A DNA stretch of 63,970 nt, filler included, from Octopus bimaculoides (lineage: Eukaryota): NCBI RefSeq assembly GCF_001194135.2. It is 7 parts of 7 records of this genome, joined end to end, with 100 filler letters (N's around TTAATTAATTAA, not from the genome) between each part and the next. Parts side by side here need not be neighbours in the genome. Positions count along the whole stretch, not along the records: positions 30,410 to 61,530 come from NC_068983.1; 6 more parts are not named here. The stretch is one strand, 5' to 3'. Below the pieces are notes generated by a model, which ran no database searches, had not been told where the DNA came from, and saw nothing but the letters and a program-made list of their open reading frames with translations. Position 1 is the stretch's first letter; each line of letters starts with the position of its first letter. Below, piece after piece: positions 37,944 to 51,904 of the stretch. The position numbers and the translations under genes are program-made.

Positions 37944-39954
37944 CTAAAAAGACATCTCAACGCTTCTAAAAGCAAACTTCGTTTGTTTATTTACATTTGT
38001 CGTAATTGTTTAAAGATTTTTTTTTCACCGATATTGTTGTGGAGTCAGCCCTGTTTGAATACATCAATGATTAGTTATGACCATCGGTTTTTTTTATTCA
38101 GTCATGGTGTATCTTTGACTACATTATCCAGAGTTCTTCCTTGTGATGGTAAGGAGATCTGCCTGTCGTTTCTAGCAGCTCAAGCAACCACAAAGACTCC
38201 CTCTCGTTTCCTTTGTTATTATTGTTATGGTAGTTGTGCGTGTTTTTGTGGTATAAGCAATTGGGTTGAATTCCTTTGGGATGAAGTATAGAAATCAACA
38301 ACTTCTTTGTTGTCCTCTCTTGCAGTCACTACCAAACAGAAAAACAAACTTGTACATTGTGACCCTAGCACATCTCCTACCCATACACATGAGATGACAT
38401 GAACCAGAGACCATGGAAAGGAAGATTTCTTCACTTTGCCATCAATCTTTCAAGAAGGCAGAATGGAAAATAATAGGACATTTTATTTATAATTTTTACT
38501 TATCAAGGAGTGATAATATTTTTCATGCCAGAACATTTGGAGTTAGAGTGCAGTTGACCTTAATTTTATTGATAGCCAACCAGCAATTTTATTAATGTTT
38601 GAAGGATGGAAAAACAATTGACCCTGGCAAGATTTTGAACTCAAAAATGTTATTAATTAGTGCAAGATATCTTGACCAATTCTGTTATGTAATAATTTTC
38701 TAATTTTGACATAAGGCTAGCAATTGTTTTTAGGTGTGTATGATGGTGGGGATTGATATTGACTCTAATACTACCCTAGTGCTTGACTGGTACTTTATTT
38801 CATTGATTTCAGAGGGAATGACAGGCAAAAACTGACTGTGACAGGATTTGAACTCAGAATGCAGTGAACCAGAACAAATACTGCAAGGTATTTTTTCTTA
38901 TATTCTAGTAAGTTTGCCAATCCACCACTCTATTCTCTCATCTATTAAATGATAAAATTTATTAACTAATTTAACATTGTCCAAACCTTTACTATTTCTA
39001 CCAGTTTGTGACATAGTTGATTGAGTTAACCCAATACTTGAAAGCTACTGTATTTTATCAACCCTGGAAGTCTACCTCAGTGGAATTTGAACTGAAAACA
39101 TATTACCCTTTTAAAAATAATAATAACTGTTTCTGATTTAAGTACAAGACTAACAATTTTGAGATGTGTGTGCGGGATTGTTATCATTCTCAGTAATTGA
39201 CAATTTTTATCAAATTTGCTAGAATGAAAGACAAAGACGATCTCAGGCATTTAATCCCATTTTGAGTGTCATCTATCATCTACTTAGGTGGATCAACTCC
39301 TGTCTGAGTGAAATTAGGTAGACAGAATCTACGTGGATGCCTGTCATATATAACATGTAATACATGTAAGGGGTGAGATCTACAACCGAATTATCTCCCC
39401 TTAAAATGGTGCAAAGTGTCCATCAACATATCCCAGGAGTGATACGAATATTGAAGTATGAGGTTAGTTTATTCACTTGTCTAACCTGCACCAGAATGAA
39501 AAAAAAGTGGATGTAGAAATGATTGTCATTATCCATTTCAGATAAATTGAGAAAAAAAAATTTTTTTATGGTCATATCCTGATTCATAGAAAAGATACAT
39601 CATAAAATGGTTGGTATCAGAAGGGCCATCCAGCTGTAAAACATTGCCTTAATAATGTCCCCTTCAGCCCATGCCAGCATGGAGAAAGCAGATGTGAAAA
39701 CGGTTACTATGACAATATAATTCACATACTGTTTATGTGGTAATATTTGTTGTACTGCATATAAACAACAGCTAGTGAACAAGCAGAACACTAGATCTGT
39801 GTGAGCAAAAGTGTTCTGGGATACATAACCACAGCTGGTGGATGGCAGAAACAGAAGAGCACTGGACAGAATGGTTGCAGTGTTCTGACTGCTTGTTTCT
39901 TTTCCTTTTCTGAGTTCAAATTTCTAGTTGGTCTTTCATCCTTTGGGGGCACAG

Positions 39955-40985
39955 GGGCCAGAGGAGGCTGGCAATGGCCACGATTGGTTGGTGCTTTTTA
40001 TGTGCCACCGGCACAGAAGCCTGTCAAGGCAGTGCTGGTATCAGCCATGTTCGGATGGTGCTTTTTATGTGCCACTAGCACGGGTATCACAACTACAATT
40101 TCCATTTCATTTTGATGTTGATGTACTTGACTCAATAGGCCTCCTCAAGCACAGCAGGTTGCCCTATGATCCAAGATACTTTTCAATGGGCTGGGCTGGT
40201 TATGTGAAATTGGTGTAGGATACAGCTGTGAACTCACTTTATTTGCCAGGTCTTTGCAGTCACAGCATATCTCCAGAGGTCTCAGTCTTTCGTCATTGCA
40301 TTTGTGAGGCCCAACATTCGAAGGTCATGCTTGACCACCTCATCCCATGTCTACTCCAGATTCCTTCAGCTGTTTGGGAGTGGCACTTCTTCACACATCT
40401 CTCCTCATCCATCCATAGTACATGACCATACCAGCACAAACGTCTCTCTTGCATGCCACATCCTATGCTTCTTAAGTCCAACATTTCTCTCAGTGCGCTT
40501 ACACTCTGTCGTGTGTGCACACTGACATTACACATCCAGCGGATCATGCTAGCTTCATTTCTTTTGAGCCTACACATGTCCTCCAGTCACGGCCCATGTT
40601 TCACTGCTGTGTAGCATGGCTGTCCACACATATGCATCGTACAATCTACCTTTCACTCTGAGCGAGAGGCCCTTTGTCATCAGTAGGGGTAGAAGCTTTC
40701 TAAACTTTGCCCAGGTTATTCTTATTCTAGTGGTAACACTCTCTGAGCATCCACCCCCAGTACTAACTTGGTCACCTAGGTAGCGAAAGCTATCAACTAC
40801 TTTTAGTTTCTTCCCCTGGAGTGTGATGGAATGTTTTCTGTGCATCTGTGGTGTTTATTGCCCCTGTGCATCTGTCACACACGAACGCTATCTTCTTGGT
40901 TAATCTTCTTTTGATGTTGTTGCACTTCTTATGTGTCCATAGCTTGTGGCCTTGTACCAATGGGCAAAATCTTTAATTCTGAGTT
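39955..40985 (-). mobile_element. RTE 3' part, degraded
   Basis: ORFs 40570-40845 (FRYLGDQV...WAKFRKLLPLL...RVKGRLYDA) and 40293-40577 (RNEASMIRWMC). Confidence 0.88.
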
Positions 40986-42729
40986 TAAACCTGGTGGTGT
41001 TGATTTTGTACTTCACTTTTCCCAGGTCAACAAAAAAAAAAAAAANNNNNNNNNNAAAAAAAAAAAAAAAGTTGTAGCCAACTCTTCTTCCTAGTAAAAG
41101 TGTGGTTTTGTGTCAACATATAAAATCACTATTTTAGCTGTCACTTCCTTTATGTTCCAAATCAAACTCGGTCTTCAACTTCACTTTTCCTTCTTTCAAT
41201 GATGATAAAGTAAGTTATTTACTAAGTACTGGAATCAAAATTTGTGGCTATGTGCAAAAGCTGGAAATCAATAACAGGAGAGTAAGTTTTCTCAATTATT
41301 TAACCATTTATGTAATCTTTCAACATTCTGTGAGATCATATTAGCTGCTTCTTTATTCTTTTACTGTTTTCAGTTGGTAAAGTCACCACTATTAATCAAA
41401 GGTGGTTTTATTTATTTTCTTAGAATTAGACTTACAATGTTTGCAACTGCATAGCATCCCTTACAGATGAATGGAATACTGAAGTAGGGCATATTTGCAC
41501 CTTTTTTAGTAGAGGAGGATCATATTTTTTTTTCAGCTGATGTATTTTCTCATATTGAGGCAACTGTAGTTTTAGACATATTACAAGGTCTAGAAATCAA
41601 ATGTTGGAAGACCTAATGCTGTAAAGTTTAACACACTGTTGTTTAATATGTATAGTTATTGTGTACTGGTATTGTTGAATGAGACTAGATATTCCTATCA
41701 ACTCAATCATCTGAGTGTTCAAGATAAATGAAGGTAAACAAAATTGACAAGTATTCTATGTCCAAAACAAAATTTCTCATATTTAACAAGATGAACCCCA
41801 ACCCTAATGAAATATCTATGGAATTTCCAAGAGAAAATAAGCTTTAGTAATTTCCTGTTTTATTCAGAAACACAGAACTTAGTATGTTAATTAATAACAC
41901 ATTTTACCCTCCTGAGAATGGTGGTTTGGTAGAAACAATGGTGCCAGACAAAATGTCTTGCAGTATAGGCACATTCTTTATAATGTTATCAATTGAGAGA
42001 GAGAGAGAGAGATAAATAACATTGATTAATTGTAGAAAATATTTTAATATTTCATACAAAATAAAACTTAAAAAAAAAAGAGAAATAGTATAAGGTTTTG
42101 CAATTATTAACCTTTTAAAAGATCATGTGCTGACTACTATATCTATTTTCAATAGTAGTAAGAACCAAGGTCTCAAATACATTTACAAGTAGAAGCAGCC
42201 AATTACAAGTTTTTTTCTTTTTTTATTTGTGATTTTTTTTCGTTGATGGATGCAACATATTTCTTTTTTTTTTTTTTAAATCTTTTTTTGTTTTCAATTA
42301 ATTTTCTGTTACTCCAGTTCATTTCTTATTGACTAATAATTACATCAACAAAAATAACCCTGATTCAGCAATTTGGACTGTACAAAGTGGAGGTTTGAAA
42401 ACAAAGCAAGTTTAAAGAAGGAAAGAGAAAGAATAATTTTATTTTACCTTTCTGGCTTAGCTTGATTTCTGCAAGACACTAGTTTTTATTTCTACACCCT
42501 GCCCACTGGAAAAGTGCAGTGAAAGTTAAGAGAAATGTAGTAAAATACCAATAGCAAGTTAATCGACCAGCAATTGATGTGTATTTACAATTACATAATT
42601 CCATTTGCTATTAAATAATGAGCTTATGTGCAAAACTAGAGAAAAATAGAATTAGAAGTAAAAAAAGAAAGAGAAAGGGTTAGTTCTGATTCTTTTAACT
42701 TTAAGATCACAGTAAGATTTCAATCATAG

Positions 42730-43612
42730 TTAAGAAGACAAGTAAAGCTCCTGTTTTTCTTTGTCAGACATTGCTAAAAGTTTTTGGTTGAACTCTGTAA
42801 AGTCCACATAAGATTCTACCTTACCATCATTGTCCAAATGCAGTCTTGGAGTGGAATGAGTAGGGATGTGGATTGAGTCACCACTGCTCTGCGTTGAATT
42901 TGTATTAGTACCAGTTGCAGTACTTGTCTGAGAATTTATTGTTTGTTGTGTTGAGGAAGGGCTATTCATGGTGGTTTGTGTCGACGACCGACTACTATCA
43001 CTTTCGTTTGTATTAATGGGAGACATATGAGGCACGTGATGGATCGCAATAATGGAAGGGGTGCTACTAGTGGGGCCAACACTGCTTATTAAGGGCATAA
43101 TGTGTGATAGCTGAGTCGGGCTTGGACTGACCAACTGAACAGGGAGTGGTGATGTAGAGTCTGAAATAGAGCTACCACTTGATAACTGAGAGTACATACG
43201 TTGAATGACAGAATTGGTTGCATGATGTGGATAGAAGTGATGTTGAATTGATACACGAGGTCCAGTTGGGCTGCTGCCTCCAATGGGATAGCTGAAGCTG
43301 CGAACAAGGAGTGAAATATCTTCCCGCGTATGTACATGGAGGTGCCACTCTGGTTTGTTGTGAGCATCTTGGTGATAACTTACAACTCGATTTACTACTG
43401 CTTGAGCAACACACTTCAATGAGGTTTGATGCGAAAATTCTTGTGCTACTAGTGAAGCAATATAGCAGTTGGCTGGCTCAGTAATTGTAGGGATGTCCTC
43501 TACGGCTTTGTATAGGCCATGTGACATAATTAATAGGAAAGCAGGTGAGCTATCAATTGTAAAACTATCACACAGGTAAGGTTCTGCGATTACAGGTTCA
43601 GATGTTGCAGAT
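42730..43612 (-). CDS. TAB1: TAB1 terminal coding exon (PP2C-like C-lobe, Ser/Thr-rich linker, TAK1-binding DGKVESYVDFTEF motif)
   Basis: tttccAG acceptor; ORF 42730-43653. Motifs FLLIMSHGLYKA, QTSLKCVAQAVV, EDISLLVRSFSYP and GKVESYVDF match TAB1. Confidence 0.96.
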
Positions 43613-44363
43613 CTGGAAAGAAAGAAAAATATAACATAGAAACAAGGTTTCAAGTAGTGTCAGAATAAAAAGAAAAATGCAATTAAATTAAAAACAAGTT
43701 TTTAAACCTAATATTAAACCTTATAACATACCAATGTGCTAATATCATTTACATTAAAAACTTGACAGTTAATTCAAAACATTTTTAGCAGGAATCAAGT
43801 AGTGATACCAGGAGCTAATGTGAATTCACAGCCTATGAACTAGTAATCCAATATCATATCCACTTGGCCATTTCATTTTTGTAGAGAATAAAAGATGGAG
43901 AAATGATTGCCCCTGGTTAGTAAACAGTATGGTTTCAAAAACTGATATCAAGAACTCCAATTCAAAAGACATCAGACACTAATGTGAGTAGGGAGCCTAT
44001 GTACTATTGACTGGCTAAAAATAGTAACCACCTCTAAAACAAAGAGATATATTGAACTCCAACCCAGAAAACACCTGCTACCAATGTGAAGATATAGCCT
44101 ATGCACACTTTGTATACCTGCTAGAAATAGCAGTCACTTCTGTTAAAGAAAAAAGAAAGAGGACAGTGGTAAATGTAGACCCAGAAACTACTAAAAAGCT
44201 ACGCTGGTCATGAATGAGATTTTTTTTTATCATATGTCTGCTCACTCAGAGCTGATCGAAGATAAACAATAAAAAAAGGTTAGTAGTCAGTTTTTCATGC
44301 AATCTAAATTAGCTTATTGATTTAATAATTATAATGAAATAGAATCAAAATATATATCCCTAC

Positions 44364-44589
44364 CTGAGATTCTCAATATCTTTGTAGCCAGCTTTTACGC
44401 TGTAATCACCAATACAACGAGTGTTTTCAGACTTCCCTAATTTGCGAACGATCTTCAATTTTTCAACATCTAAACCTAAATGCAGAAGGCGTCTAAGCTC
44501 GTCATCATTGGAGACAGTGTGGTCAACAGATAACTGGTTGACGTGAAGTGTTCCATTTTCTGACTTACAAAATAAAGCGCGGGTATTTC
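44364..44589 (-). CDS. TAB1: TAB1 coding exon: (G)NTRALFCK...LSVDHTVSNDDELRRL...NTRCIGDYSVKAGYKDIENL(R)
   Basis: poly-T-AG and GTAGGG flanks, 226 bp. Phases are consistent with both neighbouring exons. Confidence 0.95.
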
Positions 44590-44879
44590 CTATAAAAAAA
44601 AAAAAAATGAAAGAAAACCCGATAAGAAATAGATTATATATTTCAATTTATAATATTTTTTTAAATGACACAAATATCCTAAATTTTAGCGTTCTAAAGC
44701 TGACTTAGCTATATAACCCACACTACAACAGACCGGTCTTATTGCTGAGCTTGATGAGACCTGTCTATCATGACAAAAGTGAGATCCTAAAAGCATTAAG
44801 TATATGTCTACACACTCATCAGGCCCTGTCTGTCAAATTTCCCCACTGCTCATCTTCTTAACACCCATCCCTCCATCAC

Positions 44880-45540
44880 ACTGCTGACAATGACACTTTT
44901 CAGCTGCAGTAATCATGACAGCAAAATCTTCACACATTTCTTCTCCTTTGTACTACTAGTCACCTCCCTCTCTCCCCTGAACTACTTCCTTTAGCATCCA
45001 TTCCTCATTCTCAATATGATCCCTTCCCATTTTATTTTCATCTGAGCACTCCTTTCTGTATCTCCAGATATCTCACTCTCTCATATCAGCTAACACACTC
45101 AGTACCTCTTGCATCCATAACTGCAGTTGATGCACCTCATGTTCCCCCACTCACTACAGGCACCACTATGTACCTTTGACCTCCATCCCTATCCCTGTAC
45201 ATATCTCTACAACTTTATATCACTGCTCCCCACTCTTCTTGAGCAGCCATTTATCACCCCGCTCCTTAAGCTAACTTTCACCTTCTCTTTCAAACTGATA
45301 TTTATTGTCAACCGTACTTTTACTCTTGTACAAAATTCATTACACTAACCCCAACTTGCATCTCTAACCACCTGTCACTCTCCTCTCACTCCTATGACAT
45401 TATCCACCCACCCCTCCTGATTCTCAATTTGTATAATCTTTTATATTCACTTTCTTGTACCTTGAGAGTATGCTAAACACCTCATCATAAACATGATCAT
45501 CTTTCCATCTACTCTCACCCATATATAATGTGAGATAACT
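44880..45540 (+). pseudogene. Highly degraded Penelope-like fragment in a TAB1 intron
   Basis: SIPHSQY resembles SIPYSQF, and the C/T-rich composition resembles the 30430-32090 coding strand. Confidence 0.45.
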
Positions 45541-46199
45541 GTGCATGTTTTGTATGGCCAGACACCAGTACCTGTACTTCTTCCATACTTTAGCCTCTCA
45601 ACATCAGCATCATCATTTAACATCTGTTTTCCATGCTGGCATGGGTTGGATGGCTAAACAGGATGCACTAGGTCCCATAGTCTGTTTCGGCATGGTTTCT
45701 ATAGCTCTTCCTAATGCCAACCACTCTACAGAGTGTACTGGGTGCTTTTGTATGTGACACTATCACCAGTGCTTTTTAACTGGAACCAGCACACCCAGCA
45801 AAAAGCCATCTTCCATTCTAATACAACCCAACTCAGTTGGGAGGATTTTTCATTTATTTCTTTCTTTCTTGCAAGTTACTTGGTGACCTCACTGGTGCTG
45901 GTACCACAGAAAGGCACCCAGTACACTCTCTAAAAGTTGTTGGTGTTAGGGAGAGCATTCAACTGTTGAAACTATTCCAAAGCAGACATCATTGCCCGAC
46001 AGTCCTCTTGCTCATCGGATCCTAATAAATCATCTGACTCATATCAATATGGGAGACAGTCATGAAATGATGATTATGAAATGTAGTCAAATTTTATCTC
46101 TATAAGAAGAGAAATCTACTATAATAATACTCTTTTGTTTTCCTCCGCTACAACATATGAATGAGAAAGGAAAGGGTGATGGCAAACTTGGTAGTAGGA

Positions 46200-46425
46200 T
46201 GATGGAAATACTACAGTGAAAAAAAGAAATCAAACAGCATTTAATTCTGTGTGAGTACATGTGTGTTTATGTAAAAGGAGGTATGTGAATGTTTGTGTGT
46301 GTGTGTGTGTACAATGGAAGTGGGATGGTGAACATTCAATACTGAAAAGAAAAATCAAACAGCATTTCAACTCTGTATGAGTATATGTTTGTACATGTAT
46401 AAGGGAAGTATGTGAATGTTAGTAT
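46200..46425 (+). repeat. Diverged tandem duplication, about 120-bp unit
   Basis: aaatcaaacagcattt...tgagta...gtatgtgaatgtt occurs twice. Confidence 0.7.
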
Positions 46426-47394
46426 ATGTGATTATTATGTACCTTATTTATATATATATATATATATATAACACTACAATTAGCTGTCATTTTTGATAGC
46501 ACGGGTCCAGCTAGTAATATTTACATTCATGGTATTCCATAGGAGAAAACCCCAGACTTTTTCCATCTCTGAGGAGACAAAATGTATATTTGCTTATTTT
46601 TAGAGCTTAATATTTGAAGGACCAAAACCAAACTACAATAAAACATAGGTGATAATATGGAGGTGAATTGAAATCATTTATTCCTACTTGAATATCAGGC
46701 TTTTAGTTTGGAGATATATTGAAACAAGGTACCAAATATGAGAACACACTTTTTTTTAAATAAGAAACACTAATCATACCAGTTCCGCAAACAAATGGAG
46801 CTTGGACAGCTCTCCAATAGCCAGTTTGTCTAACTGCCCAACCTATGCCAGCATGGAAAACAGATGTTGAATAATGATAATGTTCTTCTGAACTGTTTGT
46901 TTGTACACCTGAACCAAATCTAACTCCACTGGAGGGAGCCTCAATGTAGTCACTTGCTGGATATATATATAAAGGCCAATCCCTTTCAAATCATACATCT
47001 TTGGAAAAAATGAAAACATTTCATAATGTGGTGCTGTGTAACAGACATTGTTGGTATGATTTTTTGTCAGAGGTCTGCTCAATTGAGACTGACCCGGGGC
47101 TAAGCAACAACAACCACTACATTAGTTTCATCATACTTAGTGTACCCTATAAGATAGGCCACTGCTCAATCGGGTATGACCTAAAGTGAAACATCAACAA
47201 CTCCCCACTCTTGTACCTTCCTTTCATCACCCCAATTGTCTCCTACATGTTAGACTTGACACTTAATTGTCCAATTCTCTCTCCTTAGCAACTAACTTTT
47301 ATAAATTCTAACTGAGCAGTAATCTCAACTTTACCTACATGTCCTTATATCCTAGTCAACAAAAGCCTACTAGGGATGAGATTACTGTCCGTCA

Positions 47395-47452
<58 letters not shown>

Positions 47453-47785
47453 NNNNNNNNNNNNNNNNNNNNNNNNNNNNNNNNNNNNNNNNNNNNNNNN
47501 NNNNNNNNNNNNNNNNNNNNNNNNNNNNNNNNNNNNNNNNNNNNNNNNNNNNNNNNNNNNNNNNNNNNNNNNNNNNNNNNNNNNNNNNNNNNNNNNNNNN
47601 NNNNNNNNNNNNNNNNNNNNNNNNNNNNNNNNNNNNNNNNNNNNNNNNNNNNNNNNNNNNNNNNNNNNNNNNNNNNNNNNNNNNNNNNNNNNNNNNNNNN
47701 NNNNNNNNNNNNNNNNNNNNNNNNNNNNNNNNNNNNNNNNNNNNNNNNNNNNNNNNNNNNNNNNNNNNNNNNNNNNNNNNNNNNN

Positions 47786-48112
47786 GAACAGCCTGCTCGT
47801 GAAATTAATGTGCAAGTGGCTGAGCACTCCACAGACACGTGTACACTTAACGTAGTTCTTGGGGATATTCAGCGTGACACAGTGTGACAAGACTGGCCCT
47901 TTGAAATACAGGTACAACAGAAACAGGAAGTAAGAGTGAGAGAAAGTTGTGGTGAAAGAGTACAGCAGGGTTCGCCACCATCCCCTGGCGGAGCCTCGTG
48001 GAGCTTTAGGTGTTTTCGCTCAATAAACACTCACAACGCCCGGTCTGGGAATCGAAACCACGATCCTACGACCATGAGTCGGATGCCCTAACCACTGGGC
48101 CATTGCGCCTCC
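47786..48112 (-). mobile_element. SINE family A (tail lost in gap), in a TAB1 intron
   Basis: Reverse complement of family A, ending ccattgcgcctcc. Confidence 0.88.
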
Positions 48113-48649
48113 ATTATTTTCTATGCATACAGTGAAGAATAATGTCATTGCTTGTAGGTTTCCAACAAACTAATCTGTGCTTCACTTGAAATACAGCAAT
48201 TTGTACGGTTTGGACGATCTTATCTATTGCCAATAGAATTTTATTTCACACTAACCAGACACAGTTGTCTCTTTAATTCCATATATAGATAAAAAAAAAA
48301 AAAAGAAAAATGTAACCAGAAAAATGTCTGCTTGGCAGCCACATAGTTCTGGGTTCAATTTCACAGTGAGGCATTTTCGACAAGTGTCTTAGATCAACCA
48401 ATGTCTTGGAAACTGCAAAGAAATCCACTGTATATATGTGTTTTCATTTGCTTCTCTTTACTTCAAATAGACATAGCCAGTCAATAAATAGATCAATAAT
48501 ATAAGTACCAGACTGTAATAAGTCAAGGAGTTGGTATCATTGATTAAACCATTGAAAATGGCACACAACATGACTGCCATCTGATGAAAAAACCAGTAAA
48601 ACAGTAAAAAAAAAAAAAACAGAACAAAAAGATTTTTAGAACAACTTAC

Positions 48650-48776
48650 CAACATTAATAACAAATAGCTTGTTATTGTGAATAAGTGCAACAGTTGCAG
48701 TAGTACCACCAGAAATTTTGGCTTCAACTTCTTGGAGTTTCTTTTGAATGTCTTGAGATGGTTTATAATGCATGTT
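48650..48776 (-). CDS. TAB1: TAB1 coding exon: NMHYKPSQDIQKKLQEVEAKISGGTTATVALIHNNKLFVINV(G)
   Basis: cacAG and GTAAGT flanks, 127 bp. PP2C-fold motif ISGG...NNKLxVxNVG. Confidence 0.93.
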
Positions 48777-48964
48777 CTGTGTTAAAAGAAATTCAAAGTT
48801 TACTTATTTAAATAACCAAATAAAAATATTTCTATAGCAAAGTGAAAGAGGAAAAAATTGAAACTGAAATTTTGTTTTTATTACAAATATTTTTATACAA
48901 AAGTAAAATTAGTAGGTTTCAAATGTCCACACATTAAAGTTGAGGAGTATGATAAAATATATTA

Positions 48965-49300
48965 CATGTGGTTCCAGGTTGTCCCACTGCATGGCACCTT
49001 GGGCAAGCGTCTTCTATTATAGCTTCAGGCCGACCAAAGCTGTGTGAGTGGATTTGGTAGAAACTGAAAGAAGCCCGTCTATATGTATGTATATATCTGT
49101 CTTTGTGTCTATGTACCTTCACCACTGCTTGACAACTGGTGCTGGTGTGTTTATGTCCCTGTAACTTAGCAGTTCAGCAAAAGAGACCAATAAATTAAGA
49201 ACCAGGCTGTTAAAAATAAGCACTGGATTTGATGCACTTGACTAAAAATTCTTCAAGGCAGTGCCCTAGCATGGTCGCAGTCTAATGTCTGAAACAAGTG
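48965..49300 (+). mobile_element. SINE family B, in a TAB1 intron
   Basis: Collinear with 508-918. Confidence 0.8.
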
Positions 49301-49795
49301 AATGATGAGGAAACATTTATTTGGACAAGTCCCAATGTATATCCCAGTTCTCAGGGAAGGTACACTGTATCTCTGGATGTTGCACAGGGTGACAAAAGGA
49401 GTTTGTATTGGAAAGAGCATCCAGCCACCTTTAGCAGTCAGATTACTCTGTTAAATGTAATGCTTATTTATTCACATTTAAAAAAAAATGAATCATCATC
49501 TTATAGCTTTAAGATTTTAATGAAGTGATTATTTTAAAAATAACATTCTAAAATACATGTGGAAGACCATGCCTGGCTGGTTTGAACATAAAACGTGGAG
49601 AATATTTGGGCTGGATATGGCCAGTTTAAATGCAAATAAATGCCTACCCAAATCAGGCTTGTATGGTATAAAAGACATAAAAATGATAGGAGTAACACAA
49701 AAACTGTCTTTGTAACTGATACAAAAGATCCTGTGTGGTAAACTTTGTAATTGCAAGAGAATGTAGATAGGTCTTTAAAGAAAATACCAACTAAC

Positions 49796-49882
49796 CTCCC
49801 TTATTTGTAACTGTAAAGCAGCTTTTTCGGAAAGAGGGTCATTGACAGTTTCAAAATATCCTCTTTCAACAGCAACAAAAGC
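49796..49882 (-). CDS. TAB1: TAB1 coding exon: AFVAVERGYFETVNDPLSEKAALQLQIRE
   Basis: tttgaAG and GTTAGT flanks, 87 bp, phase 0. Matches TAB1 AFDVVERSFLESIDDALAEKASLQ. Confidence 0.93.
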
Positions 49883-51904
49883 CTTCAAAAGAAAATAATA
49901 CATACGTTCAAATAACAACTGGGTTTTTTTTAGCACAACTATGACACTATGCTCCTAGGGTTACAGAACAAGGTGTGTCATTGTTAGGTACACAAATTGT
50001 TATGTCAATATGAGAGCATCTCAAAAATGTTATGTACAGAAAATCTCTTTACAGTATATGACTAATTTCAACACACAGCAATATTTTGTATTTGTTATTC
50101 TCATCTAATTTCTTTAGTTTGTAAAAAAAAAAAAACACACACACACACACACACATTTGAACAGTTTGATCCCATGTACCATGTAATGAACACAAATTAA
50201 AATGGTATTTTACAAGCAAATAGTAGCATCACCACAACAACAACCACAGTATCAGAAAAGAAGGGATAAACAGTTAGAAAATATTGTTTTCTGTCACTCA
50301 ACTGACTTATTTTGTAGCACTTAATTTTCTCCTCAAAGAACTCCCTATTGCTTTTAACATTCAAACTACCAAAATCTGGTCACTATAAAAGAAAGTGATA
50401 TTTGTTTCAAACTGGATATACTCAGCCTTCTCAACTATATTTGCAGAAGAGATCCTCCGTAGTCAAATCCAATTATCACATTTTCCTTAGCTTCATCAGT
50501 TTTTGCTTTTTTAAACAAACACATCAGTTAGTATTACAAATACTAAAAGATTAAAACCAAGATCACCTGCTTGAAGTCTTACATTTGTATAATAGCAAAT
50601 CTAACTATAAAACAAAGTAACTCTAGACAGGAGTCTGATAGAAACAAAGTCGTGCCCAAATTGACCTACCACAATCATTATCTTGAATGCTGGCATTTTA
50701 ATTGTTCATATTTTCAAACAACTGAACAGAGCTAGTCATCCCACAAAACCAATGACATAATGGCTTCAATAAAATTCGAACTCACCACCATGTAATCATT
50801 AGTTATCAAAGTATTAACCATTATAATTTGATGTGTGCACATACACATAGTCTTGTGGAGGATTTTTGATTTATCTAAGTTCACACATGAGTAGGGAATT
50901 AGACCGAAGATAAGTTCACTGTTTCATTTTCCTGAGTTCAAATACATTCAGTGAGAATTGCATATGAGGTTTTGCTCAATAGCTATGTCCCAACCTATAT
51001 AAGACGTTTAACCCTTTCATAGCCATACTTCTAATGATATGCACTGCCTAAACTTTTCAGTAAAGCTCTGTAATAATAATAAAAAATGTAAGGATTTAGT
51101 AAAATAATTTAGTAAAATGATATGTGTTTGGAGCATAATATAACAAGAGATTCTTACAAGAAACTATGATGGGATACTTTCAATTAAGATATGAACATTT
51201 CAAAATGGGCAGTTTGGAATCCTAGAACAAGATGTAGTCTTTTGAGTAATCAGCAGCAGCAGTACTATAGCATCACTGAAGAGAGTATCTTTTATTTATT
51301 TTTACGACACTGATAGAATTTCTTGATTACTTGCAGATTATTCAGATGTGGTGAGAGCTTGTAGGAAAAAGAAGGAACATAGAAAACACACGAAGGAGTG
51401 AAAAGCATTGATCAACAATTAACACATGGGAGGTAACTTAACAAGTATATGAGTTTTTTTTCTTTTATTTATACACAAGAACAAAGAAATGAACATTATT
51501 GTTACTTGAAAGGTGGAGATGACCTTGATAAATTAGTGTAAGAGGAAATACCACCAAAAAGTAGTGTTAGTTCAATGGCAATTATGATAATGTGAATTTG
51601 ACATGACTGAGAAACTACTAACAAAGATATTAAATTCCACATATTTCATTTAATTACAGAGATACCGATACACTGAATCAGGAGCAAAAGACTTCATAAT
51701 GAATAAATCGGATTGGTAAAATCCATTCCTCTCTCAGATATTGAACTGAAAGCTAATGAAACCATTTTACACTACTTCTACTACTAATTGTAATAAAAGT
51801 TGTACTTATTCTAGGGTAGTAGCTTTCATACTGACAAATACTAGCTCCTACCCCAAATATTAGTGGAATTTGCCCCCACCTTTATTAATGAGAAGACAAA
51901 ATAC

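Noticed and set aside
41031-41070. A-run as the TAB1 poly(A) tail
   Set aside because: It reads poly-T on the TAB1 strand and is split by a gap.
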